64,000 nucleotides of DNA. Origin: the human T2T-CHM13v2.0 reference genome, Homo sapiens. The position numbers and the translations under genes are program-made. The stretch lies in the NCBI RefSeq assembly GCF_009914755.1, contig NC_060925.1. The stretch is one strand, 5' to 3'. Positions 12,023 through 26,241 of this stretch are shown here, one piece after another. The first letter of the stretch is position 1; each line of letters opens with the position of its first letter. The notes under the pieces were generated by a model. The model did not search any database and was not told the origin of the DNA. It saw only the letters and a list, made by a program, of their open reading frames with translations.

Positions 12023-12256
12023 ATGCTAGAATACTTGAGCAATTTGGAATGGGGATTACTAGACTTCTGGTCAATTGGCAACTGAGGGTCAGATATAGTT
12101 TTAAATATATTAGGGAATTATATTCATATAATTACATTTATATAATACATATAACATACTGGAGTTATTTCTTTATTACATATATTATATATGTACACAA
12201 TATATATTACATATATATGTGTATGTTTATAGATATACACACACCAATAAAAACAA

Positions 12257-12360
12257 GGAGGAAGGAAGGAAGGAAGGAAAGAAAGAAGGAAAGAAAAGAG
12301 GAAGGGAGGAAAGGAGGGAAGGAGGAAGGGAGGGAGGGAGGGAAGGAAAAGAAGAAAAGG
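12257..12360. repeat. (GGAA/GGGA)n purine tract preceded by a TA-rich tract
   Basis: Directly visible; explains the overlapping ORFs at 12007-12506. Confidence 0.9.
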
Positions 12361-12389
12361 ATAAAGCCAGGATGTGGTAAAGACCATCG

Positions 12390-13045
12390 CCATCTCAAAT
12401 ACATCCATGCTCCTCTACGTTTCTCACCCTCATTGAAATTATGTTCAAGGAACTTGTGATTGGGTTCAGCCTGATGAGATGCAGATACAATTGATATCAG
12501 CTGCATACAGACCAGGACTTTCTAAAACCACAGAAAATATCCAGCCTTTTTTGCAATGATTTTGTAATGATATGATTGAGAACTAAATTTTCAGTGTGAT
12601 AAACCACTGAAATTTCAAGGCTAATCTTTTGCAGAAGCTAATGTTAATTGCCTTAACTAACATATAAATTGCTTTCTGGAAATTGGTGCTGGCATAGAAA
12701 GACCCAAAATATTTATCAGTGGCTTTGCAGTCATGGGGCAGGTGGCAATGAAATTGATTTTGGAATCTGAAAGGTAGTGATATAAGTCAGAGACAAAATA
12801 TTTAGTGAAGCCATCACCTGTGATAACTCAAAGTCAGGCTCTATATCTGTTGAATTTTTATCTCTGGAGGGCTAGCATGGAAAACAACATGCTAGGAATG
12901 TGCTCTGGTTACTTATGATTTCATTCAGGAAGGACTGAGGAGAAAGATATGAGCTCAGGAAAAAATTAGCTGGTTTGCAAGTATAATCAAAGTGAATAAC
13001 AAGAGACCAAATTTGAGATCTTGCCCAGTTGGAAAATCTATTCGG
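12390..13045 (+). mobile_element. MLT1J-like LTR followed by MaLR internal sequence
   Basis: LTR end TAAACCACTGAAATTTCAAGG...CCTTAACTAACATA near 12665, then AATTGCTTTCTGGAAATTGGTGCTG as in MLT-int starts. Confidence 0.5.
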
Positions 13046-13088
13046 CATGTTTTCTGAATTTTTAAAAATGTCTTATATTGAACATGAA

Positions 13089-15310
13089 CAGGCATACCTT
13101 GGAGATAGTGGGTTTATTTCCAGACCATTGCAATAAAATGAATATTGTAATAAAGTGAGTCACACAGATTTTTTGGCTTCCTAGTACATGCAAAAGCTAT
13201 ATTTACACTATACTGTAGTCTATTAAGTGTGCAATAGCAGTAGGTCTTTAAAAACAATGTATATACCTAAACTGAAAATACATTGTTGCTTAAAACAAAA
13301 AAAAAAAGGTAACAATTATCTGAGCCTTCAGTAAGTCATTGTCTTTTTGCTGAGGGTCTTGCCCTGATGCTGATAGCTGCTGACTGACCAGGATGGTGGT
13401 TGCTGAAGATTTGGATTGTTGTGGAAATTTTTAGAAATAATATAGTAATAAAGTTTGCTGCATCAATCAAATCTTCCTTTCATGAAATATTTCTCAAGAG
13501 CATGCAATGCTATTTGATAGCTTTGTTTTTTAACATTAGAACTTCTTTTAAGATTGGAGTCAATCCTCATAAACCCTGCTACTGCTTTATTAACTAAATT
13601 TATGTAATATTCTAAATCTTTTATTGTTGTTTCAGCAAAGATTATGACATCTTCAATAGGAGTATATTCCATCTAAAGGACCCACTTGTTCATCCATAAG
13701 AAGTAATTTCTCATGCATTCAAGTTTTATCATGAGATGACAGCAATTCAGTCACTTCTTCAGGCTCCACATCTAATGATAGTTGCCTTGGTATTTCTACT
13801 ACATCTGCAGTAACTTCTTCCACTGAAGTCTCGAACCCCTCAAAATTATTCATGATGATTGGAATCAACTTATTCAAAACTCCTGTTAATGTTGATATTT
13901 TTTATCTCCTCCCATGCCATGAACCATAAATATTCCTAATGATATCTAGAATGGTGAACCCTTTCCAGTGGGTTTTCAAATTACTTTGCCCAGATCCATC
14001 AGAGGAATCATTATCTATGGCAGTTATAGCTTTAAAATTGTTTTTTTTAAATAATAAAACTTGATCAAAAGTACTCCTTGATTTTATGGGCTACAGAAAG
14101 GATTTTGTGTTAGCAAGCATGAAAATAGCATTAATTTCCTTGTATGTATCCATCAGGCACTTGGGTGCATCAGTGCATTGTCAATGAGTAATACTATTTT
14201 GAAAGGAATCTTTTATATTCTGAGCAGTAGGTCTCAACAGTGGGCTTAAAATATTTAGTAAACTATACTGCCAACAGATGTGCTGTCATCCAGTCTTTGT
14301 TGTTCCATTGATAAAGCACCATCAGAGTAAATGCAGCATAATTCTTAACAGTCTTAGGGTTTTTGAAGTGGCAAATCAGCATTGGCTTCCCCATAAAGTC
14401 ACCAGCTGCATTAGTCCCTAATGAGAAAGTTAACTTGTCCTTTGAAGCTTTGAAGCCAGTCATTGACTTCTCCTCTCTAGCTATGAAAGTCATAAATGCC
14501 ATCTTCTTCCAATAGAAGGCTGTTTCATCTACATTGAAAATCTGTTTATTGTAGCCACCTTCATCAATGATGTCAGTTAGCTCATCTGGACAACTTGCTG
14601 CAGCTTCTACATTAGCACTTGCTACTTCACCTTGCACTTTTATGTTATAGAGATGGCTTTTCTCCTTTAAACTCATGAATCAATCTCTGCTAGATTCCAA
14701 CTTTTCTTCTGCAACTTTCTTGTCTCTCTCAGGCTTTATAGATTTGAAGAGGTAGAGACTTGCTCTGAATTATGCTTTGGCTTAAGGGAATGTTGTAGCT
14801 AGTTTGATCTTCTATCCAGACCACTAAAAATTTATCCTCATCAGCCAAAAGGCTATTTTACTTTCTTATCATTCATGTGTTCAACGGAGTGGCAATTTTA
14901 ATTGGCCAAATTTCAGTATTATTGTGTCTCATGGAATAGAAAGGCCCTATGAGAGGGAGAGACAAGGTGGGGACATCTAGTCAGTGGAGCAGTCAGAACA
15001 TACGACGTTTATGGATTAAGTTGACTTCCTTATATGGGTGCAGTTTATGGTACCCTATAACAATTACAATAGTAACATCAAAGATTGCTGATCACAGGTC
15101 ATCATAACAGATAATAATAATGAAAAAGTTTGAAAAATTGTGAGAATTATTAAAATGTAGCACAGAGACACAAAGTGAGCATATGCTGTTGGAGAAATGG
15201 CACCAATAGACTTGCTTGATGCAAGGTTGTCACAAACCATCAATTTGTAAAAAAAAAAAAACACCTGCAAATTGCAATAAAACAAAGCACAATAAAGTGA
15301 GATGTGCCTG
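13089..15310 (-). mobile_element. Tigger1 DNA transposon, near full length
   Basis: Both TIRs present (CAGGCATACCT at 13089; AGATGTGCCTG+TA at 15310). ORFs 14263..14676 and 13463..13672 translate to pogo/Tigger transposase pieces ([15 protein letters not shown]). Confidence 0.95.
13463..14900 (-). pseudogene. Decayed Tigger1 transposase (DDE_1 domain fragments)
   Basis: Motifs FNVDET.FYWK and [10 protein letters not shown]...G.NAAGDF..KPMLI; broken by stops and frameshifts, N-terminus deleted. Confidence 0.85.
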
Positions 15311-15695
15311 TATTGCTTTTATGATGTAGAAAAATATCTGTAAATTAAGGAAAGTTTATTCACAACAAAATGAGTAGTTTCCAGAGCACAGAGATGGTGA
15401 AGTAGAAGTAAGATTGAACAAAGTAAGGTGAAGAAGAGAAGAAATAATAAGGCAACAGGAATATCAGGTACAGGTCATTGGGAAATGAGCTGGAATAATG
15501 ATGGGCAATACACTGTTACTACTGAATAAAAGGGAAGTACACAGACCTAATCAGTACTAGCTACAATGACTGGTGGGCTATGTTAGGAAGTGATCTCCTT
15601 TAACTCATTCTTACAAATTAGAGTCCTTGAAAGCATGGTGGTCAGTCCAGCTGGACCCTAGTTCAGATGCTAAAACTTCAAAAAGTGGCTCATAG

Positions 15696-15994
<299 letters not shown>

Positions 15995-16964
15995 GTATAG
16001 GAAACTGTTATCAAATTCAAGCTTGGGGCAAGGATTTGTCCTCTGTCTCTAAAGGGAAGAAGTGCAAAGACATTTGTTAAAGGTTCTGTAGAAAAGGTAG
16101 GTTGAAGAATAGGGAAAAACAATGCAATCTACCACATCTGCTTCATTTTTATTTCTCTCCCCAACACTAGAATGTAAACATCATTAACAGGATTGGGTAT
16201 GCTATATACATTGCCATTTCCCCAGCATCTATAACAGAATCCATTACAACCATCAAACAATATTTTTAAATGTGTGATATGATCTTGAAAGTGAGCTGGA
16301 TTATCAACCTGTGAAAATGAATCAAAACTTAATCTTGTAGTTTTAAAAATTACAACAGTTAAATAAACCTCAATTTTTTTATTACTTTGAAAAATAGGAT
16401 TTTAGGGTAAAATGTCTATTGGTTAACATGGAAGAGAGTCTAAAAATGGAAGTTTTGATATTGAACACAGACTAGTTTCTATAGCAATGAAGCAGCCTCA
16501 ATTCAAGGTTTTATGATTTCAAATTAAAAAGGGCAAGCATCATATTGTCATATTTTATATGTACGTGGTCAGCATCAAACACATAAACACATAAATAAAC
16601 ACATCCACAACTTATAAGCATTTATAACATATTAACAAGAAGAAGCAGCTTTCTGCTCATGCCCTTGCTATTAATCATTATGGCCATCGTCTTACATTTT
16701 ATTGATTACATTTTATAGCCTTCTTATGAGGGAAGGATTTTATGGTTTTCACTGCTCTTGGAGAATAATACAGCTTATGTCCACAGTGATAAGACCAACA
16801 TAAATCTACCAGATGATTGGTTGCAGTTTTAAGAGGTGGGTTTAAAGAATCTATATATCTTTAATTTAGCATGCCTCTTCAATACAGTCTCTGTGAAATA
16901 TAGAAATATAGAAAAGCACTTTTCTGTTGCTCTTATGCATAGATTTTATGTGTAGTTCTGTTAT

Positions 16965-17140
16965 AATAATAACAACTGACATTTATTAAGTGTTTACTAT
17001 ATGTTGGGCATGCTTTTAAGTACTCTGTATATATGTTTTGTAAATTTTCATGCTGACACTGAAAAGCTGCTATACTTTCCTCTTTTAATAAATATAGACA
17101 CTGAAGGAGAGGGTTTAATTAAGTTGCAAATGATTTGCAT
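16965..17140 (-). mobile_element. MIR SINE
   Basis: ACATTTATTAAGTGTTTACTATATGTTGGGCA...ACTGAAGGAGAGGGTTTAAT. Confidence 0.65.
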
Positions 17141-17147
17141 GTCCATC

Positions 17148-17600
17148 ATTTATTCACTCATTTAACAAGATTATTGAATACCCCTTTTTGTTAGGTATTA
17201 TGATAGAGATTGGGAAGCAAGATGTAAATAAGCAAGTAAGTTTCTGGATCTTGGAATACTTAAATGTTTGTGATAAAGACAATACATGAAAACAAGCAGC
17301 AACAATAAAGAAGATAACTTCCTCTACTGATATATCTATGAAAAACAAATTAAATATAATGATAAATACAGTAAATATGGGTATAGAGTGTGGCTTTAGA
17401 TAGGAGAGTCAAGGAATGTTTAACAAAGTGAGAGTAGAGTTTAAGCTACGTGGAACTGAATCTGCTAAGACAAATTAGGCATAGAAGATGCAGGGAAAGA
17501 GACTTCCAGCCAGGGTGAAGAGTGAGCAGGAACAGAAAGGAGGCCAGTATACTTGCAGCATAGTGCATGAGAGACAACAACAAAAAGAGGTCAATCAAGT
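17148..17600 (-). mobile_element. L2 3' region
   Basis: TTTATTCACTCATTTAACAAGATTATTGAATACC start; GGAACAGAAAGGAGGCCAGT. Confidence 0.65.
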
Positions 17601-18059
17601 AAACCCAAGTCCTCTCACTCTGGAGCCTGCCTTCTTATGTAATAACTAAGATTTTGAACTCTCTCAGCCATAGAGTATTCCCAGCTTGGGAATGAACTGC
17701 AAGGCCAAGGTTGCTGTCCCAAAGCGTAAAATCTCTGAGAACTCTCCAGCATTCTTAAAACATATAAATTTTACATTCTATTTCTAATATATATTTAATT
17801 TATCATGAGAATAATACCCCCTTCCTCTTGAATTTCTTGGAAGATGAGCCATATTTCTTCTGAGACTCTGCAGGGAACTGCCTGGAGCATTTCTGAGCAT
17901 ACCCGAATGTATATAGGATACATTTTGAGAAACACGATCACCATAGCTTATGGTAAGAACTGGGTAAATGCTTAATGAACAAATGAATGAACTTATTCAT
18001 TGTGTTACTCTCTACTGAGCACATGAAGTGTCACATCATAGCCTTAAAAGTCTTGTTGG

Positions 18060-18300
18060 GAGGTAGCAAAGAATAGTGTTAAATATGCATATGAATTTCT
18101 TATTTAGGTTTATTTAGGTTTGAATTTTGACTAGCATTTGCTAGTATGTGATCTAGGACAGATTATTTAAATTCTGTGTGCCTAAATTTCCTCACCTGTA
18201 ATAGCTGGGATAATAAAATACTGTAGTAGCTTTGAAGAATGAGGATTGTGTAAGAAACTTAGCATGGCACATAGGATACTGTATGAAGCAACGTTAGGTA
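18060..18300 (+). mobile_element. MIR SINE
   Basis: TGTGATCTAGGACAGATTATTTAAATTCTGTGTGCCTAAATTTCCTCACCTGTAA. Confidence 0.7.
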
Positions 18301-19889
18301 CTACACAGGGAATTGGAAAATCTCACCATCTGCTAATAACCAGAGAGGAACTGCTTTCGAGGACACATGGATGAGTATTTGGAGACTGAAAAGAGTAAAA
18401 CTCAGAATGCTTACATCTGGGAGTGATATCAGGGGACAATATTAAACTATAGTATCTTAGTATAGCAAAGCCTGGTCATAGTAGGCTTTTGAACATGTAT
18501 TGAATCAGTTAATCAACAAGTAAAGGAATGACCAGTAGCGTGGTGTGTCACATGTGACTGGAACATGAAATAGTTGATACAATAATATTTTAATTCATTC
18601 TTTTTTTGTAACTTACAGGGATTTCAATTTTATCTTAACATTGCATCACTGCCAAAAGTATTTCATAGCCAAATATTTTAAAGATATCATGGATATGTAT
18701 GGATATACTAAAATCTGTGATGAAGTACTTTCACCCTGGCCTATTTCAAACTACCTGTGTAATATCACTGAATGCAGAGATGGAAAAAGACAAACAGAAT
18801 TAGCTCTTTTGAGCTGGTATGAACGAACTACAGCAAACCACCACTTTATTCTATCAGGATCTTCTACATGTATATGGTGACCTAAACTCCTCCCATCTTT
18901 TGTTACACAGCCTGCCTGTTAGCAAAGTGTGGAAATGTTTTGCATTTCCTTATGTCGTATTGCTTTTTACACACTTTCTTGAGTGGGCAACAAGGGAAAA
19001 CGTTATAGCGCATGCATACTTCCTGGGGACAGTATTTCAGGTCCATGAAATTGTTCTATCATGTGTATCACACACAAAATGCATTGAAACCCGATGGTGT
19101 AAGAGGAGGCCAATCTAATTTGATCCTTTTTTTGAAGACACAGAGACTTGCTCATGCCAGTGCCCAGAGAAGATGAAGTCCTAAGAGTTTGACTAACTTG
19201 TCCTAACTGAAGTTTCTATGACACTGAGACAGACAGAAAACTGCCATGTCTGCATGACTAGAATAGAAAATATTCTTTTATTAGAAAGCAAAATGAACCA
19301 TAAGCTACCAACTGACTTACTATAAAGTTAAGCAACAGATGCTGAAAGTCCATCGATCAAGTCTTTCTTTTCTTTTTTTTTTTTTTTTTTAAGTTAATAA
19401 CTCTACACTTTAACTGGATCAAAATAAGACCTGATGCTCCCATTTCACTTTAGGGATGGTCTTACCAATGACACTGTTGGTTAAAGTTGCCTTTACCAAT
19501 GCAACTAATAGTGGAATGGCTCCTACCAGAAATTGCTTCAGTTTTCTTTTTCAGTGATCCCATGGCTGATCACACTCATTCCTCAAACATCACTGCACTA
19601 TTTCTTTATGTGTTTTTATATTTTTAATCAACTTATAATCTAATCCTAGGTGATAAAGTATTCTCTCTCAGAGTTACTGAATATCTCCACTCTGACCATT
19701 ACATTATACAAGTTAGCCCTTGAACAACACAGGTGCAAATAGTGCAGGTTCACTTACACACAGATTTTCTACTGCCTCTGCCACTCCTGAGACACCAAAA
19801 CCAACTCCTCCTTTTTCTCTTCCTCAGCCCACTCAACATGAAAATGATGAGGATGAAGACCTTTAGGATGATTCACTTAAATATATTTT

Positions 19890-20520
<631 letters not shown>

Positions 20521-21561
20521 TTTTTTTTTTCTTATGATTTTCTCAATATTTTTTTTTTTACTGTAGCTTACTTTATTATAAAAATACAATATATAATACA
20601 TATAACATACAAAATATGTGTTGATTGACTTTTTGTTGTCAATAAAGCTTCTGATCAACAGTAGGCTATTAGTGGCTAACGTTTTTGAGGAGTCAAAAGT
20701 TATACATGACTTTTCAACTGCATAGGGTGTCAGCCCCCTTGACTCTCATGTTATTTAAAGGTCAAATTTATTTTATTCTCACAAATTCACTGTCAGATGA
20801 TAATCTTTTCCCCTAATTTCCAAGCTGTTGTGGGCATCTCACCATTGCTAAATTTGTAGCAACGTAGCGTTGCTACAAAGTTAGTAGCAAATATAATATT
20901 GGAAGGAGTTTGGTTCAGGGTTTTATTTATTCAACCCAAAATACTAACTGTTCCTTTACTATGTGCCATATTTTGTGTGTGGCATTGGGAATACAATTAT
21001 CAGCTGGACAGATGATCCCAGATTTCATGCACATGTAGACCCACTAGTTTTACAACTTACTAGCTGTCTAAATGTGCAAATCAGTTCATCTCTTTAAGCC
21101 TTGGTTTCCTAGGCTGTAAAAATGAGTATAATATTTACCTTGCAAAGTATATTGGGGAAATAATAAAAAACAAAATCTTCCCTCAACCTGAAAATCCTCT
21201 GTACGAAGGTAGTACAGAAAGAAAATAGTTTTATGATTAATTAAACATTAATCCAGAATGTGATTATTCATCATATGAAATCCACTGAGAGGCTGCAAAG
21301 ACAGGAAGAGCTCTCACCATTTTATATAGCCAAGCAGATACAACCTATTATATACATGTTCACACGATAAAGAACTGGTTCTCAAATAAGAGGATTTGAC
21401 AGTACCATTTGTCGCCCATAGTTCATCCTAACTTTACCTAATAATTGAGGTGACCATCTGAGTTAGGTAATTGGCTTTGGCCACAGCAAAAACAAACTTC
21501 TCGTAAGTTTCTGAGAGGAACTAGTTCTACAACTTGGAGCAAGGTGCTCAGGGAATTTAGG

Positions 21562-21651
21562 CTATTACTCTCTCATGGAAACTGGGAGATAGGAGTTCTA
21601 TTTCTCTATTACTCTCTCATGGAAACTGGGAGATAGGAGTTCTATTTCTCT
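21562..21651 (+). repeat. Perfect 44-bp tandem duplication
   Basis: CTATTACTCTCTCATGGAAACTGGGAGATAGGAGTTCTATTTCT x2, no mismatch. Confidence 0.97.
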
Positions 21652-21730
21652 TGATGGTTACATTTCAAAGAGATAGTTTTCAGGTGTTTGAGACAGACAT
21701 TCCTGTGTCATTAAGTTGACAAAAGCCTAG

Positions 21731-22052
<322 letters not shown>

Positions 22053-22679
22053 AAAAGCCTAGTTTTCAAAATAATTTATGTACATTTTAAAGAGAGGAGA
22101 AAGGTACTTATAATTTTAAGTATTCTAAAGTGAATGCTCCAAGCAAAAGAAGGGGGGAGGTCTCTTCCTTTGTTTGCAATAGGGAGTATCAATCCTGTGG
22201 TTTTTAATTTTTATTTGTCCTTACAGTTGTTGTCAGAATTGACTAATGTATGTAGAAATGCAAAGGCACTTTGTAAGCTCTTAAATGCTTTTACAAACTG
22301 AAAGTATAATTAACTGGAGTGGACATTTTGGTTCAGACATCTAGAAGGCAGATGGGTTAAGAGGGGCACTGTTGGAGAGGACCTAAATTGAGATAGGGAA
22401 GTGGGAAGGAGCAAGCCTCTTGAGGACACGGCAGAGCACTTTGCACCATTAGAACAAATGTGTTGGGAAAGAGTGGAGAATAATACTGTACCGAGAGTAT
22501 GTTGGAATTTAAATGTCACTAGGGTAATGTAATATTTTTCTGATAGTCAAGAGACAAGATGAAGCAATGGTAATTTCCTCACGGAGGAATGACATGAAAT
22601 TCTCTCTGTTACAGTTTGGATGGTTTGGACTTATGGAATGACTGACAGTTGAGAGCCCAGGTGTTATCTATCATCTGAT

Positions 22680-22890
22680 GGATCTGGTTTTAAATTCAAG
22701 GTTCAATACTTACCAGCAAGACAAATTCGGACTGATCTCTTAATCTCTCTGCATCTCATTTTCGTTATCACTCTGTGCCTTGGTTTATTTCCTCATTTAT
22801 AAAACTGGGATAATACCCACTCAGTAGAATCACTAAGATTTCTAAGTGTTTAGTCAGTGTCTGACATATAATAAATGTCAGTAATGATGA
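22680..22890 (+). mobile_element. MIR SINE
   Basis: CTCTGTGCCTTGGTTTATTTCCTCATTTATAAAACTGGGATAATA. Confidence 0.65.
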
Positions 22891-23107
22891 CTATTATGAC
22901 CACTATCTTCATTATGAACAAAAATAATAAATGAGTTTAGAGGGTTTTGGAATACTTACTGATCTATATAAAGGCTGTTGAGTGCCTGGTTTGGTTTCTA
23001 GTTTTCTACATTGTATAGAAAAGTAGCAAGTATTGCTGATAGGTTGAAAGTTTAATTAACAGAAATTGGACAATAATTTGGTGAAATAAATAGACAAGAT
23101 TGTCATC

Positions 23108-23528
23108 TGTGGTACATGGGTTGCTTTATTGGGCCCAAATCTTCACCCTTTGTTGTGGAAACTTGAAGCTCCTTTTTGTAAGAGGCAGAGTATATTTTCT
23201 ATATGCATTGCTGTGTCCAATGAGGTGTTGATAGAAATGAGCTAACAGAGACTTGCGAAAGCAACTGCGCATTTCTAGTCTCTTACAGCTTTGCTATTAC
23301 CATGAGAATAATGTGTCTGGAGCAACCTGTGACAGTTTGAGAGAGGAGTAGGACAGAGTCAAATTGCTCCAGTCATCCCAGCTGACAACCAGGAAACCTC
23401 CAGACCTGTGAGAAAGCCCAACTAAGAACAGAAGAGCTAATTCCATATGCATAAGCTGTCAACTTTTTGTTGCGTATCACTGAGATTTGTGGTTGTTTGT
23501 TACTCAAAGGGGACAGCTAACTGATACA
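23108..23528 (+). mobile_element. MaLR LTR (MLT1I/J-like)
   Basis: TGTGGTA start; TCACTGAGATTTGTGGTTGTTTGTTAC...GCTAACTGATACA end. Confidence 0.7.
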
Positions 23529-25679
23529 TCAACAGACAAATATAGTATCAAACCTTCGTCAGAAAGAAAAGAAAAAGTAGCAGCTACCTTACAAGGTAAT
23601 TTGTTGTAAATATTAAAACAGAAAAAGTACACAAAGTCCCTGACGCTTAGGAGACATTTAGTAAGGTCTAGTTTCTGAGACTAAAGGAGTCAACTTCCAA
23701 TAAATATCTATAAAATTTTTACAAAGCATTGCATTTTAAAATTTGTGATTAGTCTTTATTAGACCCAACAAAGAAAAATATGGATATGCTATTTTAGAGT
23801 CCTTAATGCTGGATTTCTGTATAACTTTGAAATAGACTTTTTTTCTGAATTTTTATGTATTGCTTTAAAATATCCATTTTATATTGACAGACATTAAAAT
23901 AAGTCTCTCTTTTAACAATGCAGTGCTCAAGATGAGACTTTATTTCCCCGCATTAATGCAATGGCCTTATTCTCCGTTCCCACAATGGACTCAAGCAGTC
24001 AATGATTGGTTAAATTGTTCATTCTGCCTCTTGCCTGGGAGGCTTTTGCTGTGAGCATGCATCAAGCACAAAATCTGACTGCCATGGAACATTAAACAGG
24101 TATTCTCCTTTTTAAACTTTGTGATCTCAATTTCTTGGAGTTATCCAATAGAAAACAGATGCAAATTAAGAGCTCAATTCACAAAAATAATAGGTAGCAT
24201 TTATATTGGCTTCCTATGGAGATACTGCAAAAAAAGTGCAGAAGGCACAGTTAGCACATCCAAATGAAATGTGTGTTCCTGCAGTTTCATAAATAATCTT
24301 GTTCTCTTCCAAATATTGACCTTTCTGGGCTGAATGCAAGGTAAGCGTAGGTCCAAACAGGATAGAATCATAGCGAAAAGCCACCTCTCTTTAGAACATG
24401 TCAATGCTTTTATGTGCTCTACTGCTTATTTTCTAGACATACTGGAGAAGAGGAGTATTTTATTCAGTCTGACTCATGCCTACTGAAGAGTGAATTAAAG
24501 GGCTAGGAAGCTGACCAGTTTCTGACTCTCTCTCAACTGATAAAAAGACTCTAGCATCCTAGAGAGTCCATTAAGAAGGAGATTCTTTGGTTTGCTGTGT
24601 GTGTTTGTGTGTGTGTGTTCATTTTTGTTTTCTGTTTGGTTGTTCACTAGCTTTAGTTTTGCTTTATGAAAGAAAGAAAGAAAGAAAAAGTCCTGGAAAA
24701 GATAGACTATGCTGCTCTGCGATGATGAATTTATGTCACTCTTTAAGAAAGCTGTGATCATGTATTACCCTACATTAATTAGTGAGAGTTAACACATAGA
24801 CTTTGATTTTCCCTAGAAATTTTGTAAACTTTGGTGGCAATAATGGAAAGAGAAATAGCTGCATGAACCCAAAATGTTGCCTATTATTTAGGAAACTGGA
24901 AAAGCAATAGGAAGGTTGAATATAGCACCAACTTCCACGTGGAACTTGTTTTAGATGATCATTTGGCCTGAACCATTTGTACAGTCACATCAATTTTATT
25001 GAGGACTTTCATCAGGAAAACCTGTTACATATGCAGCACAACTAGGCGCTCAAAACTCACTTCTTGATATGAAGTGAGGCTGAGCTGGGGAGATAGTAAA
25101 GCTAAGTATTGGTCACTTGCACGGTAGGACAAGATGGAGATAAACAGTTGGATTCTTTGACATATCCAAGTATTTGGCTTACAATAGGTAGAATGGCCCC
25201 TGATTGTTCATTTTTCTTATAATTATTTTGGGAAGACAAAATCATTAATAAAGAGATCTTGAGTATAAGGAAGGTATCAACTTCCACTCCAGCTCTTGCA
25301 TCTTAGATGTCTGCTGGTATCTTATGCCAAAGTGAACTCAATTTATAAATGCAAGAAACAGACTTCAATACCTGTTCTGTCAAATTTCCCCTGACCAGTT
25401 TTTATTTATTTTCAATGCTTCTTTTCTGCTGTCCTTTCTACAGCTCTCATACTCCAGGCTCAAAATTTTACTGTTGTTGAGAACTGGCCTATGTCAAGAT
25501 GTCTGTGTACAATTATTAGGTTATTTGCAGTAGATTTTGGTAGCACCTAAAATTAGATGGAAATGAGAGTTAGCTACTTTCTTTCAACATCAGTACTTGG
25601 ATATCAGATTATCATAAAAGCAAGTGTCAGCAAATTCAGCCATACTTAGAGATATTTCTTAAAAATGATATATATTTTA

Positions 25680-26241
25680 GAGTGAGAACATGCGGTACTT
25701 TGTTTTCTCTTCCTGTGTTAGTTCGCTGACAGTGATGGTTTCCAACTTTATCCAAGTCCCTGCAAGGACACGAACTCATCCTTTTTTGTGGCTGCATAGT
25801 ATTCCATGGTGTATATGTGCCACAGTTTCTTTATCCAGTTTATCATTGGTGGGCATTTGGGTTGGTTCCAAGTCTTTGCTATTGTGAATAGTGCTGCAAC
25901 AAATATATGAGTGTGTGTGTCTTTATAGTGGAATGATTTATAATCCTTTGGGTATATACCTAGTAATGGGATTGCTGGGTCAAATGATATTTCTGGTTCT
26001 AGATCCTTGGAGTTGAACAATGAGAACACATGGACACAGAGAGGGGAACATCACACACTGGGGCCTGTTGGGAGGTGGGGTAGGGGAGGGATAGCATTAG
26101 GAGAAATACCTAATGTAGATGACAGGTTGATGGGTGCAGCAAACCACCATGGCACATGTATACCTATGTAACAAACATGCATGTTCTGCACATGTATTCC
26201 AGAACTTAAAGTATTAAAAAAAAACCAAGAGAGAAAAAAAG
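25680..26241 (+). mobile_element. 5'-truncated, 5'-inverted L1PA (about PA7-PA8)
   Basis: 25680-26009 is antisense ORF2 end (ORF 25748..26029: DPAIPLLGIYPKDYKS...). 26010-26241 is sense 3' UTR plus A tail. 17-bp TSD AAATGATAT(A/T)TATTTTA at 25663-25679 and 26242-26258. Confidence 0.93.

Noticed and set aside
12007-12506. Overlapping ORFs up to 150 aa
   Set aside because: Translate TA-rich and (GGAA)n low-complexity sequence.
14263-14676. 137-aa ORF resembling TIGD/CENP-B-family proteins
   Set aside because: Fragment of a decayed Tigger1 transposase with stops and frameshifts on both sides; not a domesticated gene.
18547-18558. 12-bp palindrome GTCACATGTGAC with an E-box
   Set aside because: About 16 palindromes of this length are expected by chance in 64 kb.
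25748-26029. ORF with retroelement protein motifs
   Set aside because: C-terminus of L1 ORF2 in the inverted arm of a truncated L1; not independently functional.
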